Assembly (NCBI RefSeq): GCF_016433145.1
Contig: NC_058133.1
Location: 98,116,726-98,180,725, forward strand
Length of the DNA stretch: 64,000 nucleotides
From: Gracilinanus agilis
Lineage: Eukaryota
Direction: 5' to 3'
Shown: piece by piece, positions 40,450 to 52,541 of the stretch
Layout: each line of letters begins with the position of its first letter
Position numbering within the stretch: position 1 is the first letter of the stretch
Translations under genes and position numbers: made by a program
Notes under the pieces: model-generated
What the model saw: only the letters and a program-made list of their open reading frames with translations
Database searches by the model: none
What the model was told of the DNA's origin: nothing

Positions 40450-40829
40450 CATGTTCTCTGGCCAAAAACCTCTTGCTCTGTGGGAATCCCATCAGTGAGA
40501 TTATACAAAATATTTGTCCCTTTAAAGTTGACTTCTGAAAGGTTTCCCTCCTTAGGCTATAAACAAGGACTCTCACCTTCAACCTGGGAATCAGGATTGT
40601 CACCAATACAGTTAATAAATCCCATTTCTTCCAGGCAAATTCAGGCATTATAGCTAGGTAGAGACACTTTAATCTCTTCTGTGCCATTAGAAAGAAAGGC
40701 ACCACCTAGTGATCCCCAAAATCCTCCAGGGAAAGAAGTTGTACAGACCATCCTGGGGAATAAGAGACCTGTCAATTAAGTTGGATCTGAATGTCACCTG
40801 TTTTCTCAAGGCATTTGCAGCCCTTCCCC

Positions 40830-40902
<73 letters not shown>

Positions 40903-42000
40903 CTAAAAGGGTCAAACAGAACTACACTTGAAAGCAGTTATGCAGTAATTCCTTATCAGGTAAGTCTTACTGGAGGCTTCCAGAAAGGTATCCATTGTTG
41001 AGGACTTAACTTCTGAAAGATGAATCTATGATAGTAAGATACATGATGATGCAGCTGTTGTTTTGAAAGCATTTAATGATGCCACCTCTCTGAGGATGAT
41101 ATAGGAAGAGGAAAACCCAGCCAACATGGTGGTAGCATGTCTAATCTTGTCCCTTCTTTGTGGTTAAATAGGTTCATTGATCACAAGTAATAATTCAGGG
41201 TGGGGCATTAGGAAGAACTAAATTTTCTATATTAGTTTTCTATGGGGACTCCTGCAATGGCAGACTTAAATGATGTAGTAATGTCATATATCAAATAATA
41301 TCAACTATTGGAAAGGCAAACTTATTGCCTTTGATGTGAAAGGGAGCCAATATAATTAATTTGACATTTGGAGACAGGTCAGGAAAAAACACTGGCCATA
41401 TCGGTTTTTCAGGAGGGAACTTTAACATGAGTAACCTTTGGGTAGAAATAGCTGTCTCATCCTTAATTAGAGGGGTCATAAAGTCCTATGTTCACTACAA
41501 TATTATATCACAGCCCTTTTGTCCAAATTGTATTGGACCTCAATTTCTGCTGGGCTTCTGATGCCATATGATGGCTTTTATGGGTCCTGAATGCTGGAGG
41601 CATCAGAAAAAAAGTCCTCCATTCATCCTGATCCTAAAGAGGAAAGCCTTTGTTTCATCTTATTCTTTCCAAATGCCAGGTCATGCCCACCACCCAGGAA
41701 TTAGTATAGATAATCTTAACTGTCCCATCTCTCAAGGCTTTTACAAACATTAGTCATGTGGCCTCATTCCATTGGGGGGGGGCTTTACAGGACTTCTCTA
41801 CCCGAGGGTATCCCTATTACTGAATTAATGGCCATAGAATTGCAGTTGCACATGCTTTTCACATTGTTGTTGGAATCAGGCAAATTATTCCTCAGGAGCA
41901 TTACCTCATTTTGCTCTCCTCATTTGGAGAGGAACAGTATGAAGTAAAACCAAGTTTTAGCCAAACTATACTTCTTACTGTCCACTATTCATACCCTAAC
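40450..42000 (-). mobile_element. Decayed LTR-retroelement/ERV pol interior (RNase H, integrase, dUTPase-like), class III/ERV-L-like order
   Basis: Minus-strand motifs: QWNEAT*...IIYTNSWVVG (41774-41685, RNase H), CQINYIGSLS (41366-41337, integrase WQIDYIGPLP), P*IITCDQ*TYLTTK...YHPQRGGII (41200-41075) and IKVSLPSY / GDNPDSQVE / VRVLVYSLRRETFQ (~40680-40520, dUTPase-like). Stops and frameshifts throughout. Confidence 0.7.
40833..40899 (+). repeat. Compound (CT)n(AT)n microsatellite inside the ERV remnant
   Basis: Read directly from the sequence. Confidence 0.97.
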
Positions 42001-43745
42001 CTTATATCCTTTCTTCATGCTGTACTTTAGTCCTAGAGGGCATTGCTTCCATTGGTCTGTAGAATTTTTATGCATCCTTTAAAGTTCAAATCCCAGAATG
42101 ACAGATCAGCCAACTAGTCAAACCTGTAACTGAAAGAGAATCTCCTTTACAGAGTCCCCAACAAATGAATTGAGGCTGGAAAGAATAGTACTAGATGAAA
42201 AATTTGAACATAATCCAGGAAACAGCAGGGAGCCATTGTAAGATTGAACAGAGAAACAACACATTGAAATCCATGTATAAAGTATATTAGTCTAGTGTGA
42301 AAGATAAGTTAGAAGGAAGATAAAATGCAGACAAGATTTATTCAGATTTTATTAAGGTATTAGGCTGTCTAGATAGTAATGAGAGACTAGATTAGGGTGA
42401 TGCAAATGAAAATAGGATAATTGGAGGAAAGAAAAATAGATGAGGCTATTGAAGAAATAAAATCAAAAATCAACATTTATATTCTTTCCCTCAATACCTA
42501 TTCATTCTTTTGACTTCACTCATTCTGCCATTGGTTTCACCATTATCCAATGTCCCATATTTAAAATGTCTGTGTTATCTTTTACTTTGTTTTTTCTCAT
42601 TTCATCAATTATTAAGTTATAGGATCAAGAAATCATAAATTGAGATCTGGAAAGGCCCTCAGAGGTCACCTAATTTCATCCCTTCTTTCTGAGAACAGCA
42701 GCCAAGTTTGAGGTACCAGATAGTCAACTAGATGGAAACATCCTTTAGTCCACTGGAGACAGGAGTCTCAAGAGACATCAAATCTGAAGACATAGATTTG
42801 CATCATCCCAATAGAGATGATGGTTTAACTCTAGTTGTGAATGAGATTGACAAGGAAAAGAATATAGAGAAGAGCAAAAGATGGAAAACAAAACACTGGA
42901 GAACAATTATCTTAATGGTGAGGAAGAGGGAGAGAAGTATATGAAGGAGTCTCAGAAAGAATAGTTAGAGGTGAGAGGGCGAATTCATTTCCATTCAACT
43001 GACATTATTACAAACATGTACTAAGCACTAAGGCTACAAATTAAAAAAAACAATCATTGATCAAAGAGCTTAATACTATTGGGAAGGATTTCTTCTTATT
43101 AATCTATTTGGTAAAAAGCATTGGGCTTAATTTTTCCCTCTTATTCTACCATGACCCTTCCCAAGATAATTGTTATGCCTTTATAACACTCCTCTCTTTT
43201 TCCTTCTCTTCCTCATTTTTTTCTAACTATAAAATGGGCAGTGTATCTATGGTTGAAAATTGACACTGCAGAAACAGTAACTTTGGAAAGAAAAATCTGG
43301 CACTCATTCAGTATTACTATGGAAACAGCTATTCTCAGCAATACACTGGTATGATATAGTTCAAGGATTTAGGTCTGTGTGGGAGGTTTTTGCCATCCAT
43401 TAAATCAATGATCCACTCTTTATAACAAAAGTCTCTAGACAGTCATTCATAAAAGCCTTTCTTCTTTGGCTTGCATAAGAAATTTTTGTATTAATTTCAT
43501 GAGCATAGTATAGTGGATGAAGGACCCAACTGAGTGATTCAGTCAGGAAGACCTGGGTTCAAATCTACTCTCTGAAGGGGACTGACTTCATGACCCCAGG
43601 AAATCATTCAACCTCTCTGTGCCTCACAATTTTCTAAGACTATAAATCAAAGACAAAGTACTGATTTATATTGTTAGAGGAAGTTCTTTACTAGAAACTC
43701 CCAAAACAGATGAAATCAAAGACTGGAGTGGGGGGAAAGTACAGA

Positions 43746-44049
43746 TTTTCTTTGTTTCTTTTATTTTAAGATGGGGTCTCCATATCTTTCCCACACTGCA
43801 AGTGCAGGGGTTTCTCAATGGCCCGACTCTATTATTGATCAACTTAGGAGATTTTACCTGCTCCATTTCCATCCTGGGTCTAATTACTCCTTTTTTGGGC
43901 AGTCTTGTGGCTTCCTGCTCCTGGTGGTTCACCAGACTGAAGCCAGGCAATGTGCAAACCTCATTGGCTTAGCTCATTGTGTCTCAGAATTCCTGAGCCA
44001 GCCTTTGGTAGGGAGGGATAGAGTAAAAGTGTACACCACCATGCTTCCC
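43746..44049 (-). pseudogene. 7SL (SRP) RNA-derived retrocopy (P7SL_MD-like) with A-rich tail
   Basis: The reverse complement aligns along the length of 7SL, e.g. CCCAGGATGGAAATGGAGCAGGTAAAATCTCC vs 7SL CCCAGGTCGGAAACGGAGCAGGTCAAAACTCC. It ends GAGACCCCATCTT plus an A-rich tail. Many CpG decays. Confidence 0.9.
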
Positions 44050-45680
44050 ATTTTGTTTCTCAGAAAACAAGCAGTCTTTAGCTGAAAACATCACTAGTTT
44101 CATTAATCATTTTCCTAATTCTGATGCATAAATGAGTTTGCTCTGTCCATCACAGCCCCTAAGGAACATAGCCTGAAAAGCTCCTAACATATTCAGGCTG
44201 CCATGGGTCTTGTGATGAGCAGGCAGATTCAGAAAGGAAAACTCTCCACCCTGAGATCCCTCCACTGTCGAGGTTTCAAATGCAAGACACCCAGCTCTGC
44301 TGGAGACAAAGAGCAGGGAACATTCTGCAGGTGATGCTACTGCTGTTGCCGAGGTAATAATATCTAGACGCTAGAAACCAGAGGAGTGGCGAAGGAAGAA
44401 GGGTAGAGCTAGGCCTCCAGGCTCCCCTTTTTATCCCCCTTTTTGAATCTCCTGGCTTGTAATGAAGCCCTTAATGTTTCCATATCCTTTCAATTCCAAT
44501 TGTGTAATCACTTCCCAATAAGCCACACAAAACTTGAATTTTTTCAATCTAGGGCAATTTTCTATGTGTTTATGGTTTTCCCATTTTTCCAAGTGCTGTA
44601 TTCAACACCAAATATTATGACAGGCAGCTCTAGATGCCTAGGATAGAAATGATCTCATCCCTCCTCTTCCTTTTAGACAAGTCAGTTCATTTTATGTTTT
44701 CCAAATTAGATTAACTGTTCAACAATCAATTAGTGAAGAAACAGTTGATCCTGATCGGACCAGACTGAAGAACCTTCTGGCATCTCCACATCAGTTTCCT
44801 GAAAGTGCCAGTGGGGTGAACTCCCCATGCTGAACTGGGACACTGCTCAGAATGTCAATGGTCCAAGGATATGGTCGGTGACCCTTGAGAGTTCTAAAAT
44901 GCAGCAAGGCAGGGAGGATGGACCAGGGAAAGTCAATGCTCTATAAAACTAAGGAAAAAAATCTCAACAGTTTCCTTCAGAATGAGCTCCTCATGAAAAC
45001 TTCTTAGAGGGGAGAGAAAGCAAAAGTGCACAGCTCTCTCATAAATGGGCGGGATAGAAATGAGTTATTTTCACAAATTTTAGCTCTTAGAAGAGTTGTT
45101 ACTTCTCTTTGGTCAGTAAAGGCCACTTTCCATCCAAGAATAATTACTAGAGTGAGCCAATGCTTGGGAAAATAATCTAATAACTACTGGTTTTATAACT
45201 GGTTTTACTATGCAAAGCCTGAGTGTAAAATGATCAGGTTAGAAGATTATTAATATATAAAACATGTATTAAATAAGTTGATGGAGAGGCGGGATGCCCA
45301 GCATGGAAACTCAGCAACTCTTCTGTAATTTATAGTTTTAACTGGTGGCCCAGGGCCAGGAGAGATTGAGTTGCCCATGATTGCCCAGCTAGTATATGTC
45401 AGAGGCAAGATTTGAACACCGGATGTTTCTGAGTCTAAAATCCCACTATCCACTATTTTAAGTTGCTTCTCAAATAATACCACAGTAATATAAAAATTTC
45501 TGAAGTGTTGTGGTCAATTACTTCTCAACTTTAAAAAAAATTGCCACATGCCATTTGCAATTAATTTGTGACTTTATTTTCTGAAAGACTTTGCTTAAAA
45601 AGTCATATATCAAAAGTGGGAACTTCTTTACAAAGTTTCATCTTTATTTTGGTTCTAGATCTGTGATTTCACCAGCATCC

Positions 45681-45934
45681 TGTGGATTTTTAAAATTAAT
45701 ATGCAAAATACTCCTAGTATTATGTTTAATAAGATTTTTTAAATTAACTTGAAAAAAAGGGAAACTAAAAGACTAAAGTCTAGAGGGAGCTCACCCAAAC
45801 CACTCACATGGATGAGAAAGAGAGGGAGGAGAAACCAAAACTATATACAAACAACATAACAACGTAAACATAAATGAAAGGGAAAAGGAATTGTGGGGGA
45901 TGGAGTCCAAGGGTTCAAGATTCTAATTAATACA
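45681..45934 (-). mobile_element. Small solo LTR, copy 1, inserted into an older SINE
   Basis: TGT...ACA termini and homology to 46956-47186 and 52281-52519. The host SINE is split (gatctgtgatttcacc | ctggtatgggaaa...). Confidence 0.65.
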
Positions 45935-46955
45935 ATTCCTGGTATGGGAAATGTGCACTGATGCAGATCTCCAACTTAGAGAATTGCCCTTGTCAGTGAA
46001 GGGTTAAGGGACATGCCTAAGGTCATACAGCCAGTATTTGTCAGAAGTTGGACTCAAACCCTAATTTATCTCCACTCTGAAGCTGTGTCTCAAATTACCA
46101 CAGAGGTCTTGTTTCAGGCCCTTGTTCTTCTCTATAGAAAACAGCTATAGAACAGGAGACCCATTTGGAAGATTCTCTTCTCCTTTTGTCTTTCAGGCTC
46201 CATTTTTCTGGAAGCCATTCTATAGCTGTATGTCCTAAGAGCAACTGAAGAATAGAATAGCAAGAACGACTCTGTAGCTACTGGAATTATAAGCAAGTGA
46301 TCCTCGAGTCAGAATGTCAGAACCACCATCATTCAGCTTTGCTCAAGGCTTAACAATGCCCTCCTTGAGAGAGTTAAGTGACCTGCATCATTAGAAATTA
46401 GACCTGAGGTTTGGTATTACACACAAATTGCTATTATAGAGAGGCGACTGCTACCACATAGAGAACTCTAAAGGAAATTTTGAAATCATCATTAGCAACT
46501 GATCATCCCAAAGGTTAATGGTATGTGCCACGTGGTTAATAGATGGCCATCTCTTGTGACCTAGAATTATTCATAACATAAGTCTGCCTTGACCCTATCC
46601 AGTGGGGTTTTCTTACTTGATGCACCACACAGTGATAGCATAAGCTGCACCAATAAGCACAATGCTAAGGGGGAAATGACAAAAAGATTCTGGTGTTTTC
46701 CTGATCCCATCACGACGAGGACCAGTGCAGATAACCCTGGCAAAACAACCCGCTTGATTACAAATTCTCACCAAGATTTCTAAAAGCAGAAATTTTGAAA
46801 CTAGCTCCAAACCAATTGTTGAGTTTTCAGTACAAGTTTTTACATCTTAGAAATGAGCAAACACTACAAATCCAGGCCTGATTTGTTGTTTTGTTCACTG
46901 TCTAGTTGTTACAAAGTGGGGGGAGAAAATGCTAGTAATGAAGGTGAAATGGAAT

Positions 46956-47186
46956 TGTAAGATTTAAAATTAATATGCAATATCTCCAAATATTATATTT
47001 AACAAAAGTTATTAATAATAACTTGAAGAAAAAGAAAATAAAAAAGCTAGAGTAAAGAGAGTACTAGCCCACAGAGAGGGCAGGCTTTCCACAAACTTAT
47101 AAACAACACGTGAAAACGCAAACGTGGGGACGCAGGGAGAGGAATTCTGGGAGATGAAGTCCAAGGGTACAAGATTTCTACTTACA
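46956..47186 (-). mobile_element. Small solo LTR, copy 2
   Basis: TGTAAG...CTTACA inverted termini. Shares ttaaaattaatatgcaa and gtccaaggg..caagatt blocks with copy 1. Confidence 0.7.
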
Positions 47187-47258
47187 CAGAAAAGTATTTT
47201 ATTTCAGAGAACTGGTTATTAAACATTTACCAGCTAAGTGCTGCCTGAAAGGCAGCTT

Positions 47259-47282
47259 TGTGTGTGTGTGTGTGTGTGTGTG
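47259..47282 (+). repeat. (TG)n microsatellite
   Basis: Read directly from the sequence. Confidence 0.95.
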
Positions 47283-48418
47283 GTTTTTTTGTGCTTTTAA
47301 TGGAAAGGAAACTTATTTTTAGAAAGTAGAATGGTGGAGGAAGGGGTAGGAAGAAGAAATGAAAAGGCAAAATGGGGACATTAGTATTCTGTAACATCAG
47401 AAAGGAATTGGATTATAAACTCTTATTGCCAAGGAAGAACGTTTCTATTCCAAGAAATCCCAATCACATGTCATTTCCTCTGGTTTCCATACCTCTAGAG
47501 TTCAAATGGCTTGAGAAGTGCTCGGCTGGTTTTTCAGCTGTCAAGAAGATGAAACATGAAACAAATCACTCTGTCCATGCAATACCCTGTAACCAGCTCT
47601 TCCCGACAGGGCTACCTGTGGTTTTTGGTTTCTAAATATTTGGGTTCTGCCTTGAGCACATGTGCTTTTAGAACTGTCCAATTGTCATTTCAAATCTCAA
47701 TCAGTGATGGCTGAGAAATCTGCCTACAAAATCAGGGTTTCCCTGATCAGGGATGCTTTCCCAGAATGCCCGACTATTAATATAAATTAATAATAATTAA
47801 TAATTAATATAAATCACTTCTAAACGGGCACCCAGAAAACCAGCTTTCCACACCACCCCTCCTCATTACCAGTGTCAGGAAACTGAGGCCAGACTGAAAG
47901 AATAGAGTTGAAGCTGGGAGAAGACAAGGTGGAAAACATCTGTCCATTTATGCATCTAAAAATTTATGGTAAATCTGTTTCTCTGTGTAGACTCTCCATT
48001 TGATATTATAAATATGTCATATTTATGACATCAAATATAACATAAAGATATTATAAATATAATAAATAAATTTTATTATTCTATGCAATTGAAACAGCAC
48101 TGAGTTAATGAATTAGTTTGACAGCAATTAACAGAATTATTTCACAGCAAATTCTGATAATTAAATTTAACCTTTTAAATTAGGAAATGTATTATAAGAA
48201 CATATTCACTTCTCCTTGGTTCCCCGATAGGGAAGGTGTCGTTCCCTTCACCACTGAATCTCTTGGTTAACCTATTTTTTGCTCTGTAAATATTATTAAA
48301 ATTATTTAAATATTTATTTTGAAATATTATTCTGGATGGTTTTTATTCTTCGGTACCTTATTCATGTATATTAACTTTTACTCCTTAAATGACATTGTGA
48401 TTATTTCAATCCTTCCAG

Positions 48419-48634
48419 CTGACGGACAACTTGATCTCAGACATTTTCACCGCCATTGGCTCAATCACGTTAGCCGTGCTACTGATCCTCTTTCTGGCAG
48501 TGGTCGCCTCCTTCATAGCTTCCAACAAACGGGCAAACCAGGGCACCTACAGCCCCAGTCGTCAGGAAAAGGAGGGGTCACGTGTGGAGATGTGGAACAT
48601 GGTGCAACCTCCACCCATGGAGAGACTGATTTAG
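48419..48634 (+). CDS. CRB1: CRB1 exon 12 coding part: TM helix, FERM-binding GTYSPS motif, C-terminal ERLI PDZ-binding motif
   Basis: Acceptor ccttccAG at 48417-48418. The 216 bp read [71 protein letters not shown], the hallmark Crumbs tail. Confidence 0.98.
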   Translation: MTDNLISDIFTAIGSITLAVLLILFLAVVASFIASNKRANQGTYSPSRQEKEGSRVEMWNMVQPPPMERLI

Positions 48635-49230
48635 AAGAATCTAGTCCCCTCAAGGAAATCCGCGGACTAAATAAATTGTAAATACCACGTCTCCATTTGG
48701 AGATTTAGTGAAAGGAGGGAAGGGTGGGGTGGGGGTGGCAAAGATGTTCCAAGAGATGCTCATCTCACAAATGTGATGACCTAGGAATGATGGAACATTT
48801 TCATTTGATCGCCTTAATGTCCTTAACCATGCATGAACTTGACACTTTTTCTCATTATTCCAGGCTAGCCAATCATACATCTGTTTCTCTGTGTTAGTCA
48901 TTTCAGCCTGGATAATGTGCAGAAATACCTTACAGAATTCAGAGGCTTCTGGGAGAAGCACCAGTGCCTGTCATTTAGATGTTTTGTGAACTGTATACCC
49001 CTTTGGGGTTCACCCTTTAAGCGGGCAGACATCATTATTGCAGAGAAATGCTGCAGAAGAAGTGAAATAAATGTTTCTAATCGACTCACCCTAGTCATGT
49101 TGTGGAAAGGTGTTAGCTGTGAACACTCTACTGTGTGTGCTTCCATCTTTTTATCTATTCTTTAACCATTGAGTCAAAAGAAGTCATGGAAATAACCATG
49201 GCAACAAATAAAGGTTAAAATGTCATTTCT
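48635..49230 (+). other. CRB1: CRB1 (A-form) 3'UTR
   Basis: Follows the TAG and has no recognisable repeats. AATAAA occurs at 48670, 49066 and 49207. The end point is inferred. Confidence 0.65.
49207..49212 (+). terminator. CRB1: Likely main CRB1 poly(A) signal
   Basis: AATAAA followed about 15 nt later by CA and a U-rich downstream element (tttctctctttggatgttctctttcttt). Confidence 0.6.
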
Positions 49231-49270
49231 CTCTTTGGATGTTCTCTTTCTTTAGTCTGTTAAGGACAAT

Positions 49271-49316
<46 letters not shown>
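49271..49316 (+). repeat. (AAC)n microsatellite
   Basis: Read directly from the sequence. Confidence 0.97.
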
Positions 49317-50696
49317 GCTAACATTTCCATAGTGCTCGAAGGCTTTCAAAGAGTTTTACATGTCATTGCATTTGATCCACCAGAGCTCGAGGAAGTCCCT
49401 GCTATTATCATCATCCCTGTTTTACAAATGATGGAACTGAGCTTAAGAAATGTTAAGGGACTTGCCCAAACCCACCAGGGAGGACGTGTCCAAGGCAAGA
49501 TTCCAGTTCAGATCTTCCTAATTCCAAGTTCAACACTCTTATCCACTGTGCCACTGAACTAATTCCTAGTCAGTGGGACAGGAGTCACCCATTCCGTGCT
49601 GGCATCAGTCAAACAAAGAATTTTAAATTTGTTGCATCTACTACTCTTCAGTTATTAGGATCTTAATATTAAATTATTTCTCTAAGGTAGAAGAGAAGCA
49701 AAGTATGGGAATAGCTTGGTGGTTGACTTTGGAGTCAAGATGACTTGGCTTTAAGTCCTGCTACAAACATTTATTAGCGGTGAGACCATGGACAAGTCAT
49801 TTAACCTTAGTGGTATCCCAAGCAACACTCCAACACCCACAACCATAGCATAGCTAGTATTGATATAGCATGTTAAGTTTGGCAAAATGCTTTAAAATAT
49901 TATTTAATTTTCTCCTTCCAACTATCTTGAGAGGTAGGTACTATTATCATCTTACATGTGAGGAAACTGAGGCAGAAGTTAAATGACTTTCCCAGGGTCA
50001 CACAACTACCAAATGTGTGAGGTAGGATTTGAACTCAAGTCTTCTTGACTCCAGATCCAACCTTCCAGTGTACTACCTACTTGCCATTCTTTTTTAATTA
50101 CTTCCCCTTTAAGTCCTCACTTCATATTTTTCTTGGTCAGGAGAAAAGGCTAAGAATTCCTTAATTAAGGAAAAATAATTAAGTTTGTGTCTTGTGTACA
50201 TTTTATTTCATCCTACATCCAAACTTGTAATTTTATCAGTTTCCTTACATTATTGGAGATATGCACCTGTTTTATAGTCTTAAGAAAGAAGGAAAGAAGG
50301 AATCCATATATTAAGTGCTTTCTATGTGCCAGGCACTATGCTAAGTACTGGGGATTCTTACACAAGCCAAAAAAAAAGCCCCACCTTTTAATGAACTTAC
50401 ATTCTAATAATACCATACATGAAAGGGAGCTAAAGTGTTAGGGAGCAGAGTTTAAGGCACGGGGAGGCACCTAGCACAGGGGTATGATTTTGAAGTCCAA
50501 ATCATCTAAGAAAAAATGATGCTCAAAAACTCTGCCCAGGGAAAGCGGATCTCTATACCCTTAAATTTACATAACGCTCAGTTTCCAAGACGAGGGAAGG
50601 CTTGAGGTTGGATATAGCCACTGGAATATTTCTGTGAAATATTAATTAACAAAAGTAAGCTTTGTCTAAGAAAGAAAAGTACTGATATCTATATTT

Positions 50697-50868
50697 CTTT
50701 TTTTTAACCCTTACCTTCTGCCTTAGAATCATTACTATGTATTGGTTCCAAGGCAGAAGTGTGATAAGGGCTAGACAATGGGGGTTACATGACTTGCCCA
50801 GCTAAGAAGTGTCTGAGATAACATTTGAACTCGGAACCTCACTAAGCACCAAGCCACCTAGCTGCCCC
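50697..50868 (-). mobile_element. SINE1_Mdo-like SINE (internally deleted)
   Basis: tttttaacccttaccttctgccttagaatc...gccacctagctgcccc. Confidence 0.85.
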
Positions 50869-51218
50869 TGTGCCACTTCTTAGTGCAATAACCCTCACAA
50901 AGTTTTCTCCTTTCCACTCCCATTGCAATCTTTTTCACCTTGGCTATTATAATTTTCTCCTGACTTTTCTCCCTGCCTTCAATATATCTGGTCTTCAATC
51001 TACTCTTTCTACCTAAAACCCAATTAATCTTCCTCAAATACCTGAAATTTCCTAGTGATTATTAGCACCATTATCACATTATTTCTCTAGTCAAAAATTT
51101 GGGGTTCCCCTTCATCATTGCTAAAACAAAAGAGTTGTAACTAGATTAGGCAACTGGATGTTTTTCCCAGAGCATCGACATTTAGAGGATGCTGACAACA
51201 GGTTAAAAAAAAACCTGA

Positions 51219-51402
51219 GGGGGCAGCTGGGTAGCTCAGTGGAGTGAGAGTCAGGCCTAGAGACAGGAGGTCCTAGATTCAAACCCAGCCTCAGCCACTT
51301 CCCGGCTGTGTGACCCTGGGCAAGTCACTTGACCCCCATTGCCCACCCTTACCAATCTTCCACCTATGAGACAATACACCGAAGTACAAGGGTAAAAAAA
51401 AA
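51219..51402 (+). mobile_element. Young SINE1_Mdo-type tRNA-derived SINE with TSD
   Basis: Full head GGGGGCAGCTGGGTAGCTCAGTGG, B-box-like GATTCAAACC, A tail. TSD AAAAAAAAACCTGA at 51205-51218 and 51394-51407. Confidence 0.92.
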
Positions 51403-52280
51403 CCTGAACTTAAAAAGAATAACTAAGTTAGTGGGAAAATCTGGATTAGCAAGAATATTTAACCATAAGAGGAAGGCATCAAATTGCATGCTTCATCCTC
51501 TGGCAACACTCTTCTCCAATTTGTTTCCATGCTAATATTTTCTGTGATGGTGGCTTCCCCAGCAACCAAGGAATTCAAGGTATTTATGGGTTAAAATGCC
51601 TCGATATCTCTCATTTCCCTGTCCAGTCCCTGCCACAGGATCTTGTATAACAATATACTGATGTCAACTGCCACCCCCAACTTGTATATGGAATAGATAA
51701 TGGGATAAATGAAATAGATAAAAAGAAAAGTCAATGATATAAGTAACTAGTTCCCTCTAGGCAACTTCCAGGGATCCAAAATGTATGGAAGACTAACTTT
51801 CATGCAACTTGTCTTGGATAGCACGAAATAAAACTTACTTTGACAATTTAAACCCTCTCAACCTACCTGTCCAGCCTTAAGATCATACTGCTATTTAAGC
51901 ACCTTTACACTGTCTCTTCTCCTGACAAACTGAATCCACATTTTCATTCTTCCCTCTCATCTCTGTGCTTTTGCTGGTACTATCCCACATCCCTAGAACA
52001 AGTTCCCCATCTCACAATCTCCATTTGTTGAAGGGAGAAGAGAAAAAGCATTTACATAGTGCCTGTTATGTGCCAGACACTTTATAAATATTTTTTCATT
52101 TAATCCTCAAAGCGACCCTAGGAGATAGGTTCTATTATTATCCATATTTGGTAGTTGAAGAAACAGAGACAAACAGAAGCTAAGTGACTTGTCCAGGATT
52201 ACCCAGCTAGTAAGTGTCTAAGGTCATATTTGATCTTGGGTCTTCCTGAATCTAGACCCCAATTCTATTTACTATACCAC

Positions 52281-52541
52281 TGTGAAAATTTGTACCTTTT
52301 GAACTATGTTCCCCAGAATTCCTTTGCATTACCCAGAATCCTTTTCCCTTTTCATTTACATGTATATTTACGTTATTGTTTATATAGTTCTGTAACTCCT
52401 CCTCTTTCTCTTTTTCCCCACAATCACAGCTTGGTTAGCTAGCTTTTTAACTTTATTTATTATTAATAACCTTTAAAAATTGAATACTTAGTTATTGTAT
52501 ATTAATTTTAATCTTTAGATTTTTGGCAACCATGAAGAGAT
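52281..52541 (+). mobile_element. Small LTR, copy 3, followed by a primer-binding-site remnant
   Basis: Same family as 45681 and 46956, in the opposite orientation (52281-52519). Followed by TGGCAACCATGAAGAGAT (52524-52541), which resembles a tRNA-Arg PBS. Confidence 0.65.

Larger units (their letters stand above)
3400..48418 (+). other. CRB1: CRB1 intron 11 (45,019 bp, GT-AG, phase 0)
   Basis: GT at 3400 and AG at 48417-48418. Joining gives ...GAC|CTG ACG GAC..., i.e. ...ELD|[10 protein letters not shown]... in frame. Confidence 0.95.

Noticed and set aside
45681-47186. The two same-orientation LTRs as the ends of one 1.5-kb provirus
   Set aside because: They are too divergent from each other, have no PBS or PPT on their inner sides and share no flanking TSD. 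Independent solo LTRs fit better.
47999-48036. Overlapping short hairpins (ATAAATATG-T-CATATTTAT; TGTCATA-TT-TATGACA) about 380 bp before exon 12
   Set aside because: Short AT-only stems in low-complexity DNA arise readily by chance or slippage.
48319-48681. 120-aa + strand ORF overlapping exon 12
   Set aside because: It is an alternative frame over the real exon. The CRB1 frame is fixed by the splice phase and the ERLI terminus.
51219-51300. tRNA gene
   Set aside because: The A/B-box-like head belongs to a SINE with a CORE domain, A tail and TSD. There is no cloverleaf 3' end.
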